A stretch of 64,000 nt of DNA from the NCBI GenBank assembly GCA_024400775.1, contig JAKSMF010000001.1, positions 1,297-65,296 on the forward strand, read 5' to 3'. The notes under the pieces were generated by a model that ran no database searches, was not told the origin of the DNA, and was given only the letters and a program-made list of their open reading frames with translations. Each line of letters starts with the position of its first letter. The stretch's first letter is position 1. This document shows positions 8,579 through 18,205 of the stretch, in pieces. The translations under genes were made by a program, and so were the position numbers. The DNA is from Bacteroidales bacterium (GTDB taxonomy: Bacteria > Bacteroidota > Bacteroidia > Bacteroidales > WCHB1-69).

Positions 8579-9442
8579 TTGAACAAGATTATGAAAAAAC
8601 TGATTGCATTATTCACGGTTTTTAGCATCATGGCATTTGGCATGACGACGATGTCATGGGCTGCCAAAACAGCTGACAAAGGCGCCAAAGAGGAGACCAA
8701 AGTAGAAGAACAGGCTCCCGAAGCTGAAAATGCAGAAGCTACAGCACCCGCACAGGAAGTAGCACAAGTTGAAAACCCGAGCGTCGATGATAACAGCACC
8801 ACCGCTGACTCCGGTTTGCATTCCACTTTGAAGACCAAATTCGCTGAAGGTGGTCCGCTGTGGATGACCATGGTATTGATTGCTTTGATTATCGGTTTGG
8901 CATTCGCAATCGAACGTATTTTCTACCTCAACCTTTCCAGCGTAAACACCAACAAGCTCTTAGCTAAGATTGAAAGTGCTCTGAACGAAGGCGGTATTGA
9001 AAAGGCAAAAGACGTTTGCCGCGATGTGAAAGGACCTCTCGCTGGCGTTTTCGTACAAGGCCTCAACCGTTATGACGAAGGTCTCGAATCCGTTGAAAAA
9101 TCAATCGTTTCCTACGGTGGCGTTGAAATGGGTAAACTTGAAAAGAACATGAGCTGGGTAGGCCTCTGCATGGCATTGGGACCGTCACTCGGTTTTATGG
9201 GTACTGTCGTCGGTATGGTTCAAGCATTCGATGATATTGAAAAACAAGGTGATATCAGCCCTACCGTTGTTGCTGGTGGTATGAAGGTTGCTCTTTTGAC
9301 AACTATCTTCGGTTTGATTACCGCTATCATCCTTCAGATTTTCTACAACTATATTATTTCTAAGATTGACAGCATCGTGAACGACATGGAAAGCGCAACC
9401 ATCGAATTCATGGATATCCTGATCAAATACAAAAACAAATAA
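8579..9442 (+). CDS. exbB: MotA/TolQ/ExbB proton-channel protein
   Basis: 287 aa. It has a signal/TM segment, an acidic low-complexity periplasmic stretch, then an ExbB core (GPLWMTMVLIALIIGLAFAIERIFYL ... LGFMGTVVGMVQAF ... ALLTTIFGL). An alternative start is at 8591. Confidence 0.85.
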   Translation: MNKIMKKLIALFTVFSIMAFGMTTMSWAAKTADKGAKEETKVEEQAPEAENAEATAPAQEVAQVENPSVDDNSTTADSGLHSTLKTKFAEGGPLWMTMVLIALIIGLAFAIERIFYLNLSSVNTNKLLAKIESALNEGGIEKAKDVCRDVKGPLAGVFVQGLNRYDEGLESVEKSIVSYGGVEMGKLEKNMSWVGLCMALGPSLGFMGTVVGMVQAFDDIEKQGDISPTVVAGGMKVALLTTIFGLITAIILQIFYNYIISKIDSIVNDMESATIEFMDILIKYKNK

Positions 9443-9486
9443 TAGTAGTTCGTAACGAATCTCGAAACTCCTAAAACCAGGAAATT

Positions 9487-10530
9487 ATGGTAAAAAGAAT
9501 CATTAATATAGCGGTCTTTGTCGTCGGCATCGTATCCATCGTCTTGTGCTGCATGTTCGTAGTACTTTGGAACGGTTCCGTAGCAAACGACGCTTCCGAT
9601 AAAGAAAAGGCCAACGTAGTGAACTACAAGGCCGTCGGTACTCTCCAGAGTTTTGATCAGGGCGAAAAGTTCCTCAATCAATTCCTGAGCGCCGATATCA
9701 ATGCCATCGGCTCTAATGCAAAACCCGGCAAGCTGTATAACGACATCAATGCATACATTGAAAAAGAACAGGTTGCTTACGAAGCCGAAGAAGCTCAGGC
9801 AAAAGATTTCTTCTGCTACCTGAACATTCTCAAATCATTGAAGAAAGAAGACTTCGCTACCTTCAAAGCCAACTATCCGAAGAACATGTCCAGCTTGACA
9901 AAAGACGGTGCTGGTCAGGAATTTACTTTCGGTAAAAAATATGTTGACGATTTCAAGGCAGTGAAGACTTACGAAGATTTGAACACCTACATCAGCGAAG
10001 ATTTGTCAAAACAATACACTGAATTCAAAACCGCTCAGCTGACCAAAGAAAACGAACTCAAATCGGTAAAGACTTTGCAGACGGCAACTGACAGTATTTT
10101 CAAAGTAAGTGCATTCGACAAACAAGCAAAAGAAGATGCCTTGGCTAAATTCCAAAGCAACTTCAAAGACTACAAGACGATGGACCACAGCTTGCTGTCT
10201 CCCTCATTCATGTTGATTTACATCATGTTCGTGATTGCTTTGGCTGCCGTTGTCATCTTCATTTTGGTAGGTATCCTTTCCAACTTCAAAACATCTTACA
10301 AAGGTTTGTTGGCATTCTTAGCACTGATTGTAATTGCACTTCTTTGCTACGTAATTGCTTCTCCGGATGTGAATAATGCAGCATTTACGAAACTGTCCAT
10401 TTCATCATCACTGGGCCGTTTCATTGAAGCAAGCTGCTATTTGACCTACGTATTGGTCGTTGGTGCTTTAGTAGCATTAATTGCTTGCCCGGTAGCATCC
10501 TGGATCAAATCAAAAATCAAACTTAAATAA
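9487..10530 (+). CDS. Hypothetical membrane protein in the exbB-exbD cluster
   Basis: 347 aa. One N-terminal TM segment, a long Lys/Glu-rich soluble region, and about three C-terminal TM segments. It sits between exbB and exbD. Confidence 0.55.
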   Translation: MVKRIINIAVFVVGIVSIVLCCMFVVLWNGSVANDASDKEKANVVNYKAVGTLQSFDQGEKFLNQFLSADINAIGSNAKPGKLYNDINAYIEKEQVAYEAEEAQAKDFFCYLNILKSLKKEDFATFKANYPKNMSSLTKDGAGQEFTFGKKYVDDFKAVKTYEDLNTYISEDLSKQYTEFKTAQLTKENELKSVKTLQTATDSIFKVSAFDKQAKEDALAKFQSNFKDYKTMDHSLLSPSFMLIYIMFVIALAAVVIFILVGILSNFKTSYKGLLAFLALIVIALLCYVIASPDVNNAAFTKLSISSSLGRFIEASCYLTYVLVVGALVALIACPVASWIKSKIKLK

Positions 10531-10538
10531 AAGGAAAC

Positions 10539-11198
10539 ATGGCACGCAAAGCCCCATCAATTAATACAAGTTCATCGGCAGACATCTCGTTCCTGCTTTT
10601 GACCTTCTTCTTGCTGACATCCAACATTTCCAGCGACCAGGGTATTATGCGCCAGTTGCCGAAATATTCCAAGGACGTTGTAGAACAAGAGGTCGAAATC
10701 AATACGAGAAACATCCTCCGTGTCAAGGTGACGAACAAAAACATCGTCATGATTGAAGGAGCCAAGTGGACAGGTAACAACTGGGTGATGCTTTCTGATA
10801 ACAGAGCCGGTGTTAATAGCTCCAACCAAGGCAACTACGGTGGCGAAATCAGCACCTTGCACGAGATTGCATACGAATTTTTCGGCAATCCCCGTAACGA
10901 ACCTGACCTGCCGACCAGAAAGAGCACACCTATTAGCGAAGCCGAATTTGGCGATTTTGACATTTCAGAAGGTGTAGTATCTCTTGAATGCCAAAACTAC
11001 GCAACTTACGAGACTTATATCAAGGTTCACAACGAACTTTCAAGAGCCATCAACATTTTGCGTGATGAATTGTCCAAAGAAAAATACGGTAAGAGCTTCA
11101 AAGTACTTGATGAAAGTAACGAAGACGCCGATAAAGAAAAGGCAAAAGCTATCAAGAAAGCTAATCCAATGAACATCTCTGGATCGAGTTCAAATTAA
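10539..11198 (+). CDS. exbD: ExbD/TolR biopolymer transport protein
   Basis: 219 aa. The N-terminus INTSSSADISFLLLTFFLLTS matches the ExbD TM signature, and the gene is part of the cluster. Confidence 0.8.
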   Translation: MARKAPSINTSSSADISFLLLTFFLLTSNISSDQGIMRQLPKYSKDVVEQEVEINTRNILRVKVTNKNIVMIEGAKWTGNNWVMLSDNRAGVNSSNQGNYGGEISTLHEIAYEFFGNPRNEPDLPTRKSTPISEAEFGDFDISEGVVSLECQNYATYETYIKVHNELSRAINILRDELSKEKYGKSFKVLDESNEDADKEKAKAIKKANPMNISGSSSN

Positions 11199-11210
11199 TA
11201 TCTAGAAATT

Positions 11211-11711
11211 TTGTCACACAAAAAAAAAAACGGAAAAAAGGAAACTCCTGAAATTAATACCGGTTCAATGTCCGATATTATCTTTATGTTCCTCTTCTTC
11301 TTCATGGTTATCACCACTATGCGTGAAAGCGAAGCAAAGGTGAAATTCACCCAGCCTTCCGCCACCGAATATCAAAAGTTGGACAAAAAGAACTCCTACA
11401 CCGTCTATATGGGCGAACCGACCGTTCAAGGTGCAGCATTGTTGGACAACTCCGTTTCAATCCAATTCAACGACAAGTTGGCCACCTCTACCACCGACGA
11501 AGGTCTGAAACTCGCAGTTGACGAATTCGTTCAAAGTTCTCGCGATGCAAGTGCATTGAAGAACGAAGATCCTGATAGAATCACCTACTATCTGAAAATT
11601 GATAACCAAACGCGTATGACGGCTGTTAACCAGTTGAAACTGGCTCTCCGTAAGAAAAACGCTCTCAAGATTCAGTACGCAACCAACAAAGACGTTAAAA
11701 AAGGTAAATAA
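11211..11711 (+). CDS. exbD: ExbD/TolR biopolymer transport protein (second paralog)
   Basis: 166 aa with EINTGSMSDIIFMFLFFFMVITT. The only start that keeps the conserved N-terminus is TTG at 11211. An A11 tract (11220-11230) lies in codons 4-7. Confidence 0.75.
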   Translation: MSHKKKNGKKETPEINTGSMSDIIFMFLFFFMVITTMRESEAKVKFTQPSATEYQKLDKKNSYTVYMGEPTVQGAALLDNSVSIQFNDKLATSTTDEGLKLAVDEFVQSSRDASALKNEDPDRITYYLKIDNQTRMTAVNQLKLALRKKNALKIQYATNKDVKKGK

Positions 11712-11733
11712 AATTACTTTTAATCATAAAAAA

Positions 11734-11763
11734 AGAGACTGTGCATTCACAGTCTCTTTTTTT
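11734..11763 (+). terminator. Rho-independent terminator after the exb cluster
   Basis: AGAGACTGTG-catt-CACAGTCTCT is a perfect 10 bp stem followed by TTTTTT. Confidence 0.75.
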
Positions 11764-11778
11764 ATTGCGAAAAATCCG

Positions 11779-11786
11779 TATTTTTG
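11779..11786 (+). promoter_or_regulatory. -7 box TAttTTTG
   Basis: The context is TATTTTTGcagc, 17 nt upstream of the ATG at 11803. Confidence 0.5.
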
Positions 11787-11802
11787 CAGCAAATTTATAC
11801 CA

Positions 11803-13086
11803 ATGACAAATCAAGAAACACGAATCGCAGTCATAGGTTTGGGATACGTAGGTTTACCCTTGGCCCGCCTCTTTTCAACCCAATATAAAACTACCGGCTT
11901 CGACATGAACAGTGCACGCGTTAAAGCACTGATGGAAGGGCATGATGCAACCCGCGAAGTATCCGACGAATTGTTACAGAATGCCATCAAAAACGGCTTC
12001 CGCTGCACAGACAACCTCGACGAAATTCGCGACTGCAACGTTTATATCGTTGCCGTACCGACGCCCGTTGACCACAATAATCATCCGGACCTTTCACCGC
12101 TCATCGGCGCCAGCACGACAGTGGGAAAAGTAATATCCAAAGGTGATGTCGTTATCTACGAATCTACCGTCTATCCCGGTGTGACCGAAGAAGAGTGTCT
12201 GCCCGTCGTAGAAAAAGTATCCGGCCTGAAATACAATACCGACTTCTTTGCTGGTTATTCGCCCGAACGTATCAATCCGGGCGACAAAGAACACACCGTT
12301 GAAAAAATCAAAAAGGTAACCTCCGGCTCAACACCCGAAATCGCAGACTTTGTGGACAATCTATATAACAGTGTTCTCGTAAACGGCACACACAAAGCAA
12401 GTTCCATCAAAGTAGCAGAGGCATCCAAAATCATTGAGAACTCACAACGCGACGTGAACATCGCCTTCATGAACGAACTGGCAAAGATATTCAACGCCAT
12501 GGGCATAGATACACATGACGTTATCGAAGCCGCAGCCTCAAAATGGAACTTCATCAAACTACAACCCGGTTTGGTAGGCGGACACTGCATCAGCGTGGAT
12601 CCATACTACCTTATCCAAAAGGCACAAGTATATGGCGTACTGCCCAGAGTAATGTCAGCTGCTAGACGCCTCAACGACGGCATGGGCGACTACGTGGCAA
12701 ACAGCGCAATCAAACTGATGAACAAAAAAGGAGTGATGGTAAAAGATGCTAAGATTCTGATTCTTGGTTTCACTTTCAAAGAAAACTGTCCCGATATCAG
12801 AAATACGCGTGTAGTCGATATTCACGCCACACTGTCAGAATACACCCACAACATCACCGTTTACGATCCGTGGGCCAACAGCGAAAACGTGAAACGCGAA
12901 TACGGCATTGAAACGACCTATGGTGATATGAAAACGCTTGAAGGTCAATACGATGCTGTGATTTTGGCAGTAGCCCACAACGAATTTCGTAATACTGACG
13001 TACGCCGTTTCCTGCGTAGCGAAAACGGTGTCGTATATGACGTAAAAGGCATTCTTCCCAAAGAGATGATCGACGGGAGACTATAA
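11803..13086 (+). CDS. Nucleotide-sugar dehydrogenase (UDP-GlcNAc/GalNAc 6-dehydrogenase-like, TviB/WbpO type)
   Basis: 427 aa. It has IAVIGLGYVGLPLA (NAD fold), the catalytic-Cys region GGHCISVDPYY, and the UDP-glucose/GDP-mannose dehydrogenase family layout. Confidence 0.85.
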   Translation: MTNQETRIAVIGLGYVGLPLARLFSTQYKTTGFDMNSARVKALMEGHDATREVSDELLQNAIKNGFRCTDNLDEIRDCNVYIVAVPTPVDHNNHPDLSPLIGASTTVGKVISKGDVVIYESTVYPGVTEEECLPVVEKVSGLKYNTDFFAGYSPERINPGDKEHTVEKIKKVTSGSTPEIADFVDNLYNSVLVNGTHKASSIKVAEASKIIENSQRDVNIAFMNELAKIFNAMGIDTHDVIEAAASKWNFIKLQPGLVGGHCISVDPYYLIQKAQVYGVLPRVMSAARRLNDGMGDYVANSAIKLMNKKGVMVKDAKILILGFTFKENCPDIRNTRVVDIHATLSEYTHNITVYDPWANSENVKREYGIETTYGDMKTLEGQYDAVILAVAHNEFRNTDVRRFLRSENGVVYDVKGILPKEMIDGRL

Positions 13087-13152
13087 ACAAACATTTTCAC
13101 AAAATACACTGATAAAAATAACACAGTTTTAAAACATAAATGCAAATAGTTG

Positions 13153-13160
13153 TATATTTG
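13153..13160 (+). promoter_or_regulatory. -7 box TAtaTTTG
   Basis: The context is TATATTTGcac, 24 nt upstream of the ATG at 13184. Confidence 0.45.
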
Positions 13161-13183
13161 CACATTCAAAAAAAAAGACAAAT

Positions 13184-15241
13184 ATGAAACGTATTCTCGT
13201 TGCCCTTTGCCTGTTTTTGGCATGTACCATTGCATTTTCACAGAATAATCCTAACCCTGTAAAATGGAAGTACACAGTAAAACAGACCTCCGCTACGGAA
13301 GCCACTTTACAATTCACAGCAACCATCGATAAAGACTGGCATCTCTTTGCCATCAAGCATGGGGACGGCTTTGAAATTCCGACTACCATTGAATTTGATA
13401 AAAATAAAGCATATAAATTAAAGGGCAAGACACTGGAACCGACACCGAGAAAAGGATACGATTCCACGATGGGCACGACCTATTACTGTTTTTACAACAA
13501 AGTAACTTTTACACAGAACGTCAGCATTTTAGATACTACCAAGCCCTTCAAAATCACAGGTACGATTAACGGGCAGACATGCTCCACACAATGCAAACTG
13601 ATAGAGGAAAACTTCAGTTTCACAATCAAACCGTTCGCCGGGAAACCTGTGGAAAGCACAGGCGAAGCTATAGAGGAACCCGCTGAAGATCAGCCCGAAG
13701 AGTCGGTGCTAAATAACGCTGAAAAAGAGAAAAGTCAGCATGCAGCCATCAGCAAGGCCAAAGACAACAAGGAAGAAGAAGAATCAATGTTATGGTATTT
13801 TCTCACATCCATTGGTGCGGGCCTCATCGGTTTGCTCATGCCGTGCGTGTTCCCGATGATTCCGATGACCGTTTCATTCTTCACCAAACAGGGAGAAAAA
13901 GGCAAACTTTTGGCACTGGTATATGGATTATCCATTGTAGCAATCTTCGTCATCATCGGCATTCTGTTTGCCTTGGTATTCGGGCCAGGTGCGGCCAACG
14001 AACTATCGACCGGTTGGGTGTTGAACATGATTTTTGCCGTTATTTTCATCATTTTTGCAATTTCGATGTTAGGATACTTCGAAATCACATTGCCCAGTTC
14101 CTGGGTGAATAAATCAGCGAAAAGCGAAAACAAAGGTGGTATCATTGGCGTATTTTTCATGGCATTAACGCTCGTGTTGGTATCCTTCTCCTGCACGCTG
14201 CCGATTGCCGGCGCCGTAGCGTTAAACGCAGCTGGCGGCTCATTACTTAAGCCTATCATCGGCATGCTTGGTTTTTCACTGGGAATCGCTGTCCCGTTCA
14301 CCATGTTTGCCCTCTTCCCAGGCCTACTCAAAAAAACCCCGAAATCCGGCAGTTGGATGAACACGCTGAAAGTCGTTTTGGCATTCATTGAATTGGCTTT
14401 CGCGTTGAAATTCATCAACGTTCCCGACCAGACCTACCACTGGGGCATCCTCGACCGCGAAATTTACTTAGCTTTCTGGATCGTACTTTTCAGCTTGCTC
14501 GGACTTTACCTCCTCGGCAAGTTACGTTTCCCCGCTGATCCGGAGATGCCGATACAGAAGAGCTGGGTGCGTTTCACCACCGCCATCTTCGTATTCACCT
14601 TCGTCGTCTATATGATTCCGGGCATGTTCGGTGCGCCGTTGAACGCAATTTCAGGCTGGCTGCCGCCTGTTGAAACGCATGACTTCGACTTACACAAGGT
14701 TGTACGCGAAGAGGCCACATTCGCCATCATTGATATGCAGAAAGAAGTGGCAGAAGAACCACACTATGCCGACAAACTCGAACTGCCTCACGGACTGAAG
14801 GGATATTTTGACTACGACCAGGCACTGCGCGTCGCTAAAAAAGAGCACAAACCCATTTTTATCGACTTTACCGGTCACGGATGTACGAACTGCCGACAGG
14901 TGGAAGCCAAAGTATGGAGAGATCCAGAAATCCGCAAGAAATTCTCCGAAGATTTCATCATGGTCGCCATGTATGTGGACGACAAAAACATCGAGTTGCT
15001 GCCTGAAGACCGCATCAAGGATGATAAGGGCAACGAAATCAAGTTGTTGGGCAAAAAGAATATGTACATTAGTCAAAAAGTCTATCACGAAAACTCACAG
15101 CCTTGCTACTTTATTTTGAACGAAGACGGCTCTGTTTTGGCTGGCCCCACCTACTACGAACTGGATGCCAACAAATACATGAGCTTCTTGAACAAAGGTA
15201 TTGCCGAATACAACAAAAGACATCAAAACAGCGATAAATAG
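13184..15241 (+). CDS. dsbD: Protein-disulfide reductase, DsbD family
   Basis: 685 aa. It has a signal peptide, an N-terminal beta domain, a multi-TM core with conserved Cys residues (LLMPCVFPMIP, FSCTLPI), and a C-terminal thioredoxin fold with GHGCTNCRQ. Confidence 0.85.
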   Translation: MKRILVALCLFLACTIAFSQNNPNPVKWKYTVKQTSATEATLQFTATIDKDWHLFAIKHGDGFEIPTTIEFDKNKAYKLKGKTLEPTPRKGYDSTMGTTYYCFYNKVTFTQNVSILDTTKPFKITGTINGQTCSTQCKLIEENFSFTIKPFAGKPVESTGEAIEEPAEDQPEESVLNNAEKEKSQHAAISKAKDNKEEEESMLWYFLTSIGAGLIGLLMPCVFPMIPMTVSFFTKQGEKGKLLALVYGLSIVAIFVIIGILFALVFGPGAANELSTGWVLNMIFAVIFIIFAISMLGYFEITLPSSWVNKSAKSENKGGIIGVFFMALTLVLVSFSCTLPIAGAVALNAAGGSLLKPIIGMLGFSLGIAVPFTMFALFPGLLKKTPKSGSWMNTLKVVLAFIELAFALKFINVPDQTYHWGILDREIYLAFWIVLFSLLGLYLLGKLRFPADPEMPIQKSWVRFTTAIFVFTFVVYMIPGMFGAPLNAISGWLPPVETHDFDLHKVVREEATFAIIDMQKEVAEEPHYADKLELPHGLKGYFDYDQALRVAKKEHKPIFIDFTGHGCTNCRQVEAKVWRDPEIRKKFSEDFIMVAMYVDDKNIELLPEDRIKDDKGNEIKLLGKKNMYISQKVYHENSQPCYFILNEDGSVLAGPTYYELDANKYMSFLNKGIAEYNKRHQNSDK

Positions 15242-15257
15242 CCAAAACAGCTAAAAG

Positions 15258-15668
15258 ATGAAAAGATTTTTGCTGGTTATTCTGCTTTTTCTGCCCATTT
15301 TGGCGATGGCACAAAATGTACGTTACGATATTGAAGAATCCGTAACCACATCGGAACACAAATATCGTGAAGCATGTTCCCGCGTTGGGAAAGTAGAAGT
15401 TTATGTCATTCAAGTTGCTTCGTTATCCGGAGAAAACTCTGGCACAAAGGCACAAACGACAGTCAAATCAATAAATGCCTTTTTAGCGGAACACGGCATC
15501 AACGCGGAAGCATACACGGTATTTATGGAGCCCAACCACAAGGTTAGAATCGGCAATTTCAGCACGCGCCATGCAGCTTACGGCGTGCTGGCCAAAATCC
15601 ATAGTACCTACACCGGCGCCTTTGTTACGAAAGACAAACGAAGAATCGCAGACGTACTGGAAGAGTAG
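15258..15668 (+). CDS. SPOR-domain protein (putative)
   Basis: 136 aa with a signal peptide. The C-terminal ~75 aa (YVIQVASLSGENS...VRIGNFSTRHAAYGVLAKI) looks like a SPOR peptidoglycan-binding repeat. Confidence 0.5.
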   Translation: MKRFLLVILLFLPILAMAQNVRYDIEESVTTSEHKYREACSRVGKVEVYVIQVASLSGENSGTKAQTTVKSINAFLAEHGINAEAYTVFMEPNHKVRIGNFSTRHAAYGVLAKIHSTYTGAFVTKDKRRIADVLEE

Positions 15669-15670
15669 AT

Positions 15671-15691
15671 GGGAGATGAGAGATGAGAGAT
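15671..15691. repeat. Tandem heptamer (GAGAGAT) x3
   Basis: Reads GGGAGAT GAGAGAT GAGAGAT, starting 3 nt after the stop codon of the SPOR gene. Confidence 0.8.
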
Positions 15692-15750
15692 AAAAAAGTT
15701 GAAAATTAGACAGAAAGTTAGTATAGGCAGAAATAACCTAATAACCAATA

Positions 15751-16371
15751 TTATTCCTCAATCGTGGTTTCTTCTGGGTTCTCGGTGGGCACATCTGCGG
15801 ATTCCTTCTTTTCTTCTTTAAAGAAATGCTTGAAGAAACAGACCATCAAAATGATTCCGACAGTAACGCAGCTGTCGGCGAAATTGAAGATGGCGGGGAA
15901 GAAATAGTCACCGCCGAAGACTGGGAACCAGTCTGGAATCTGGAAAAGTCGGACGTAAATCATATCCACGACGCGGCCGTACATAAACGGTGCGTAACCG
16001 TAAGCGATACCATAAAAAGCACAATCGACGATATTGCCAAGAGCGCCTGCGACAATCAGCGATAAGACGCAAACTGCCAGTGTATCAATATCTTCGTGTT
16101 TGATTTTCTTCCACAAAAAATAGATGATATAGCCGACAACGCCCAAGCGCAGAAGCGACAGCGCCAATTTTCCAAGGTTATCGCCAAAACTGAGGCCAAA
16201 AGCCATGCCGGGATTTTCAACAAAATGAAGGTTGAACCACTCCCCTATCAACGGAATAGTCTGGCCCAGCTCCATATTTCCTTTAACCCAGATTTTGAGA
16301 ATCTGGTCAACTAAGACACAAACAATGACTATCGCAATTGAGATAACTGCGAGCTTAGAACTGTTTTTCAC
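15751..16371 (-). CDS. lspA: Lipoprotein signal peptidase (signal peptidase II)
   Basis: 206 aa with DQILKIWVK...FNLHFVENPGMAFG...NIVDCAFYG...FNFADSCVTVG motifs. Confidence 0.9.
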   Translation of the reverse strand: MKNSSKLAVISIAIVIVCVLVDQILKIWVKGNMELGQTIPLIGEWFNLHFVENPGMAFGLSFGDNLGKLALSLLRLGVVGYIIYFLWKKIKHEDIDTLAVCVLSLIVAGALGNIVDCAFYGIAYGYAPFMYGRVVDMIYVRLFQIPDWFPVFGGDYFFPAIFNFADSCVTVGIILMVCFFKHFFKEEKKESADVPTENPEETTIEE

Positions 16372-16377
16372 GAAAAT

Positions 16378-16764
16378 TTACTTTTTTTTAGATTCCAACT
16401 TAGCTTCAATGCACATCGTAGCGTGGGGCACACTCAACAGACGTTCTTTGGGAATGAGCTTGCCCGTACGTTGGCAGATTCCGTAGGTTTTGTTCTGAAT
16501 ACGCAATAAAGCGGATTCCAGATTTTGAATGTATTTATAAAGACGTGCGGCCTGTTGTGCATTTTCCTCTTTGGCAAGCACCTGGCTTCCTTCTTCTAAG
16601 TTCTTGAAGGTCGGAGATGTGTCCATGGTATCGTTGCCGGCGTTTTCGCAAGCCTCCAAATAGACTTCCAAGCCTTCACGGGCTTCTTTCAACTTCTTTT
16701 CAATCAAAGCTTTGAATTCAGCCAACTCCTCATCGGAATATCTTACTCGTTTGTTTTCTTCCAT
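16378..16764 (-). CDS. DksA/TraR-family C4 zinc-finger protein
   Basis: About 128 aa counted from the ATG at 16764 (MEENKRVRYSDEELAEFK...). The C-terminus is CQRTGKLIPKERLLSVPHATMCIEAK. A -7 box lies inside the longer ORF-track version. Confidence 0.8.
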   Translation of the reverse strand: MEENKRVRYSDEELAEFKALIEKKLKEAREGLEVYLEACENAGNDTMDTSPTFKNLEEGSQVLAKEENAQQAARLYKYIQNLESALLRIQNKTYGICQRTGKLIPKERLLSVPHATMCIEAKLESKKK

Positions 16765-16788
16765 AATATGCTGATTTAAAATGAGGCG

Positions 16789-16796
16789 CAAATTTA
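16789..16796 (-). promoter_or_regulatory. -7 box TAaaTTTG for dksA-like/lspA
   Basis: The reverse complement is TAAATTTGcgcc, 25 nt upstream of the ATG at 16764. Confidence 0.5.
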
Positions 16797-16941
16797 CATG
16801 ATTTTTTTGAAATTCACAAACACTTAAAAAAGTTAGATGTCAGGAATTATACTTTTTCCAACTTTTCCACTCACGGTTTCCCTGCCACTCTAACACAATC
16901 CTCACACAACTTCAATAGACTGTCACACAACTCGCGCCGCG

Positions 16942-18126
16942 CTATTCTCTCGTCTGCTGGCGGGCTTCGGAAACGGGGATTTTTTTACCGTCTTTGAAGG
17001 CGATAACGAAGGCATCCGGAAATTTTTCCTTGACGACTTTTAACACTTTTTGTATCTCTTGATAAGAAGTTTCGTCGCCAGAAGTAAACTTCCAAAGGTT
17101 GTTTTCTTGATATTTTCCCACGTGGGGAACGCCCGAGAATTTAGCGTTAGAAACGGAGACATTCTCAGCTGTCGCATAAAACTGCACTTTGAAATGGATT
17201 CCTGCATCGCGGTCGGCAGGCGCATCTGATTGTACGGCTTCGGCCTTGCTATCCGCGGGCTTCAGGTTATCATCTTTTGCCACAGCTGGCGTTTTATCAT
17301 TAGGGGCAGGCGTTTTCGGTGCTAGTTCAGGCACTTTTTCAGCAGGTTGGGCTTTCCCTTCGGCTTCGTTTTTGTAAGCTGCAAAGGCAATTGCGATGGT
17401 CTCGGCCAACTGCTTTTGAAAGTCGGCATTGACGAGTTTTGCCTCTTCTTCATCGTTGGAGATAAATCCCAACTCAATCAGGATGCTGGGCATAGCGACG
17501 GAGTGAAGTACCCAGAAGCCAGCTTGTTGCACCTTGCGGTCGAAGAATTGCGAAGTGCGGACCAAGTTGTTCTGCACTTTGGCGGCCAGCTTAACGGAAC
17601 GGTCGAGATAGGCATTGGAGTAAAGGGAGAAGATAACGTATGATTCCGGCGAGTTAGGGTCAAAATTGCCGTAAGTGTTTTTGTAATCGTCTTCCAGCAA
17701 CATGGAGGCGTTTTCGCGGCGGGCGACGGCGAGGTTGCTTTCGGTTTTGTGTAAGCCCATGACAAATGTCTCGGTGCCGTGAGCGGTTTTGTTGGTAGAG
17801 GCATTGCAGTGGATGGAGATAAAGAGGTCGGCGTGCTTGTCGTTTGCCATTTTACTGCGCGATTGGAGCGTAGGATAGACGTCGGAAGTACGGGTATAAT
17901 AGACTTCCACATCCGGACATTTCTCCTTAATTCGCTTGCCCAATTCCAACGCAACGGCAAGGTTAATGTCCTTTTCCTTGCTCTTTGTTCCAACAGCCCC
18001 AGCATCCTTGCCGCCATGACCGGCATCAATCACAACCTTCTTGATGCCATCTTTGGCTTGCGAAAAAACGGGTGTCACACAAAAAGAAAGCATGGCGAAT
18101 AATAAAAAGCAAATTTTTTTGTTCAT
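16942..18126 (-). CDS. N-acetylmuramoyl-L-alanine amidase with C-terminal SPOR domain
   Basis: 394 aa. It has a signal peptide, an Amidase_3 core (VVIDAGHGGKDAGAVG...ISIHCNA...ELGFISN), a Pro/Ala/Lys linker and a SPOR-like tail (HFKVQFYAT...AFVIAFKDGK). Confidence 0.85.
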   Translation of the reverse strand: MNKKICFLLFAMLSFCVTPVFSQAKDGIKKVVIDAGHGGKDAGAVGTKSKEKDINLAVALELGKRIKEKCPDVEVYYTRTSDVYPTLQSRSKMANDKHADLFISIHCNASTNKTAHGTETFVMGLHKTESNLAVARRENASMLLEDDYKNTYGNFDPNSPESYVIFSLYSNAYLDRSVKLAAKVQNNLVRTSQFFDRKVQQAGFWVLHSVAMPSILIELGFISNDEEEAKLVNADFQKQLAETIAIAFAAYKNEAEGKAQPAEKVPELAPKTPAPNDKTPAVAKDDNLKPADSKAEAVQSDAPADRDAGIHFKVQFYATAENVSVSNAKFSGVPHVGKYQENNLWKFTSGDETSYQEIQKVLKVVKEKFPDAFVIAFKDGKKIPVSEARQQTRE

Positions 18127-18143
18127 AATGGGCGAATTTTGTG

Positions 18144-18151
18144 TAATTTTG
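18144..18151 (+). promoter_or_regulatory. -7 box TAatTTTG for the lptD-like gene
   Basis: The context is TAATTTTGgagc. The first downstream ATG in frame is 18206. Confidence 0.45.
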
Positions 18152-18168
18152 GAGCTTTTTTGGAGCTA

Positions 18169-18176
18169 CAAAGATA
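18169..18176 (-). promoter_or_regulatory. -7 box TAtcTTTG for the amidase gene
   Basis: The reverse complement is TATCTTTGtagc, 43 nt upstream of the ATG at 18126. The promoter is divergent. Confidence 0.45.
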
Positions 18177-18205
18177 TTATAAAAAACCGACCGACTAAAC
18201 CATCG

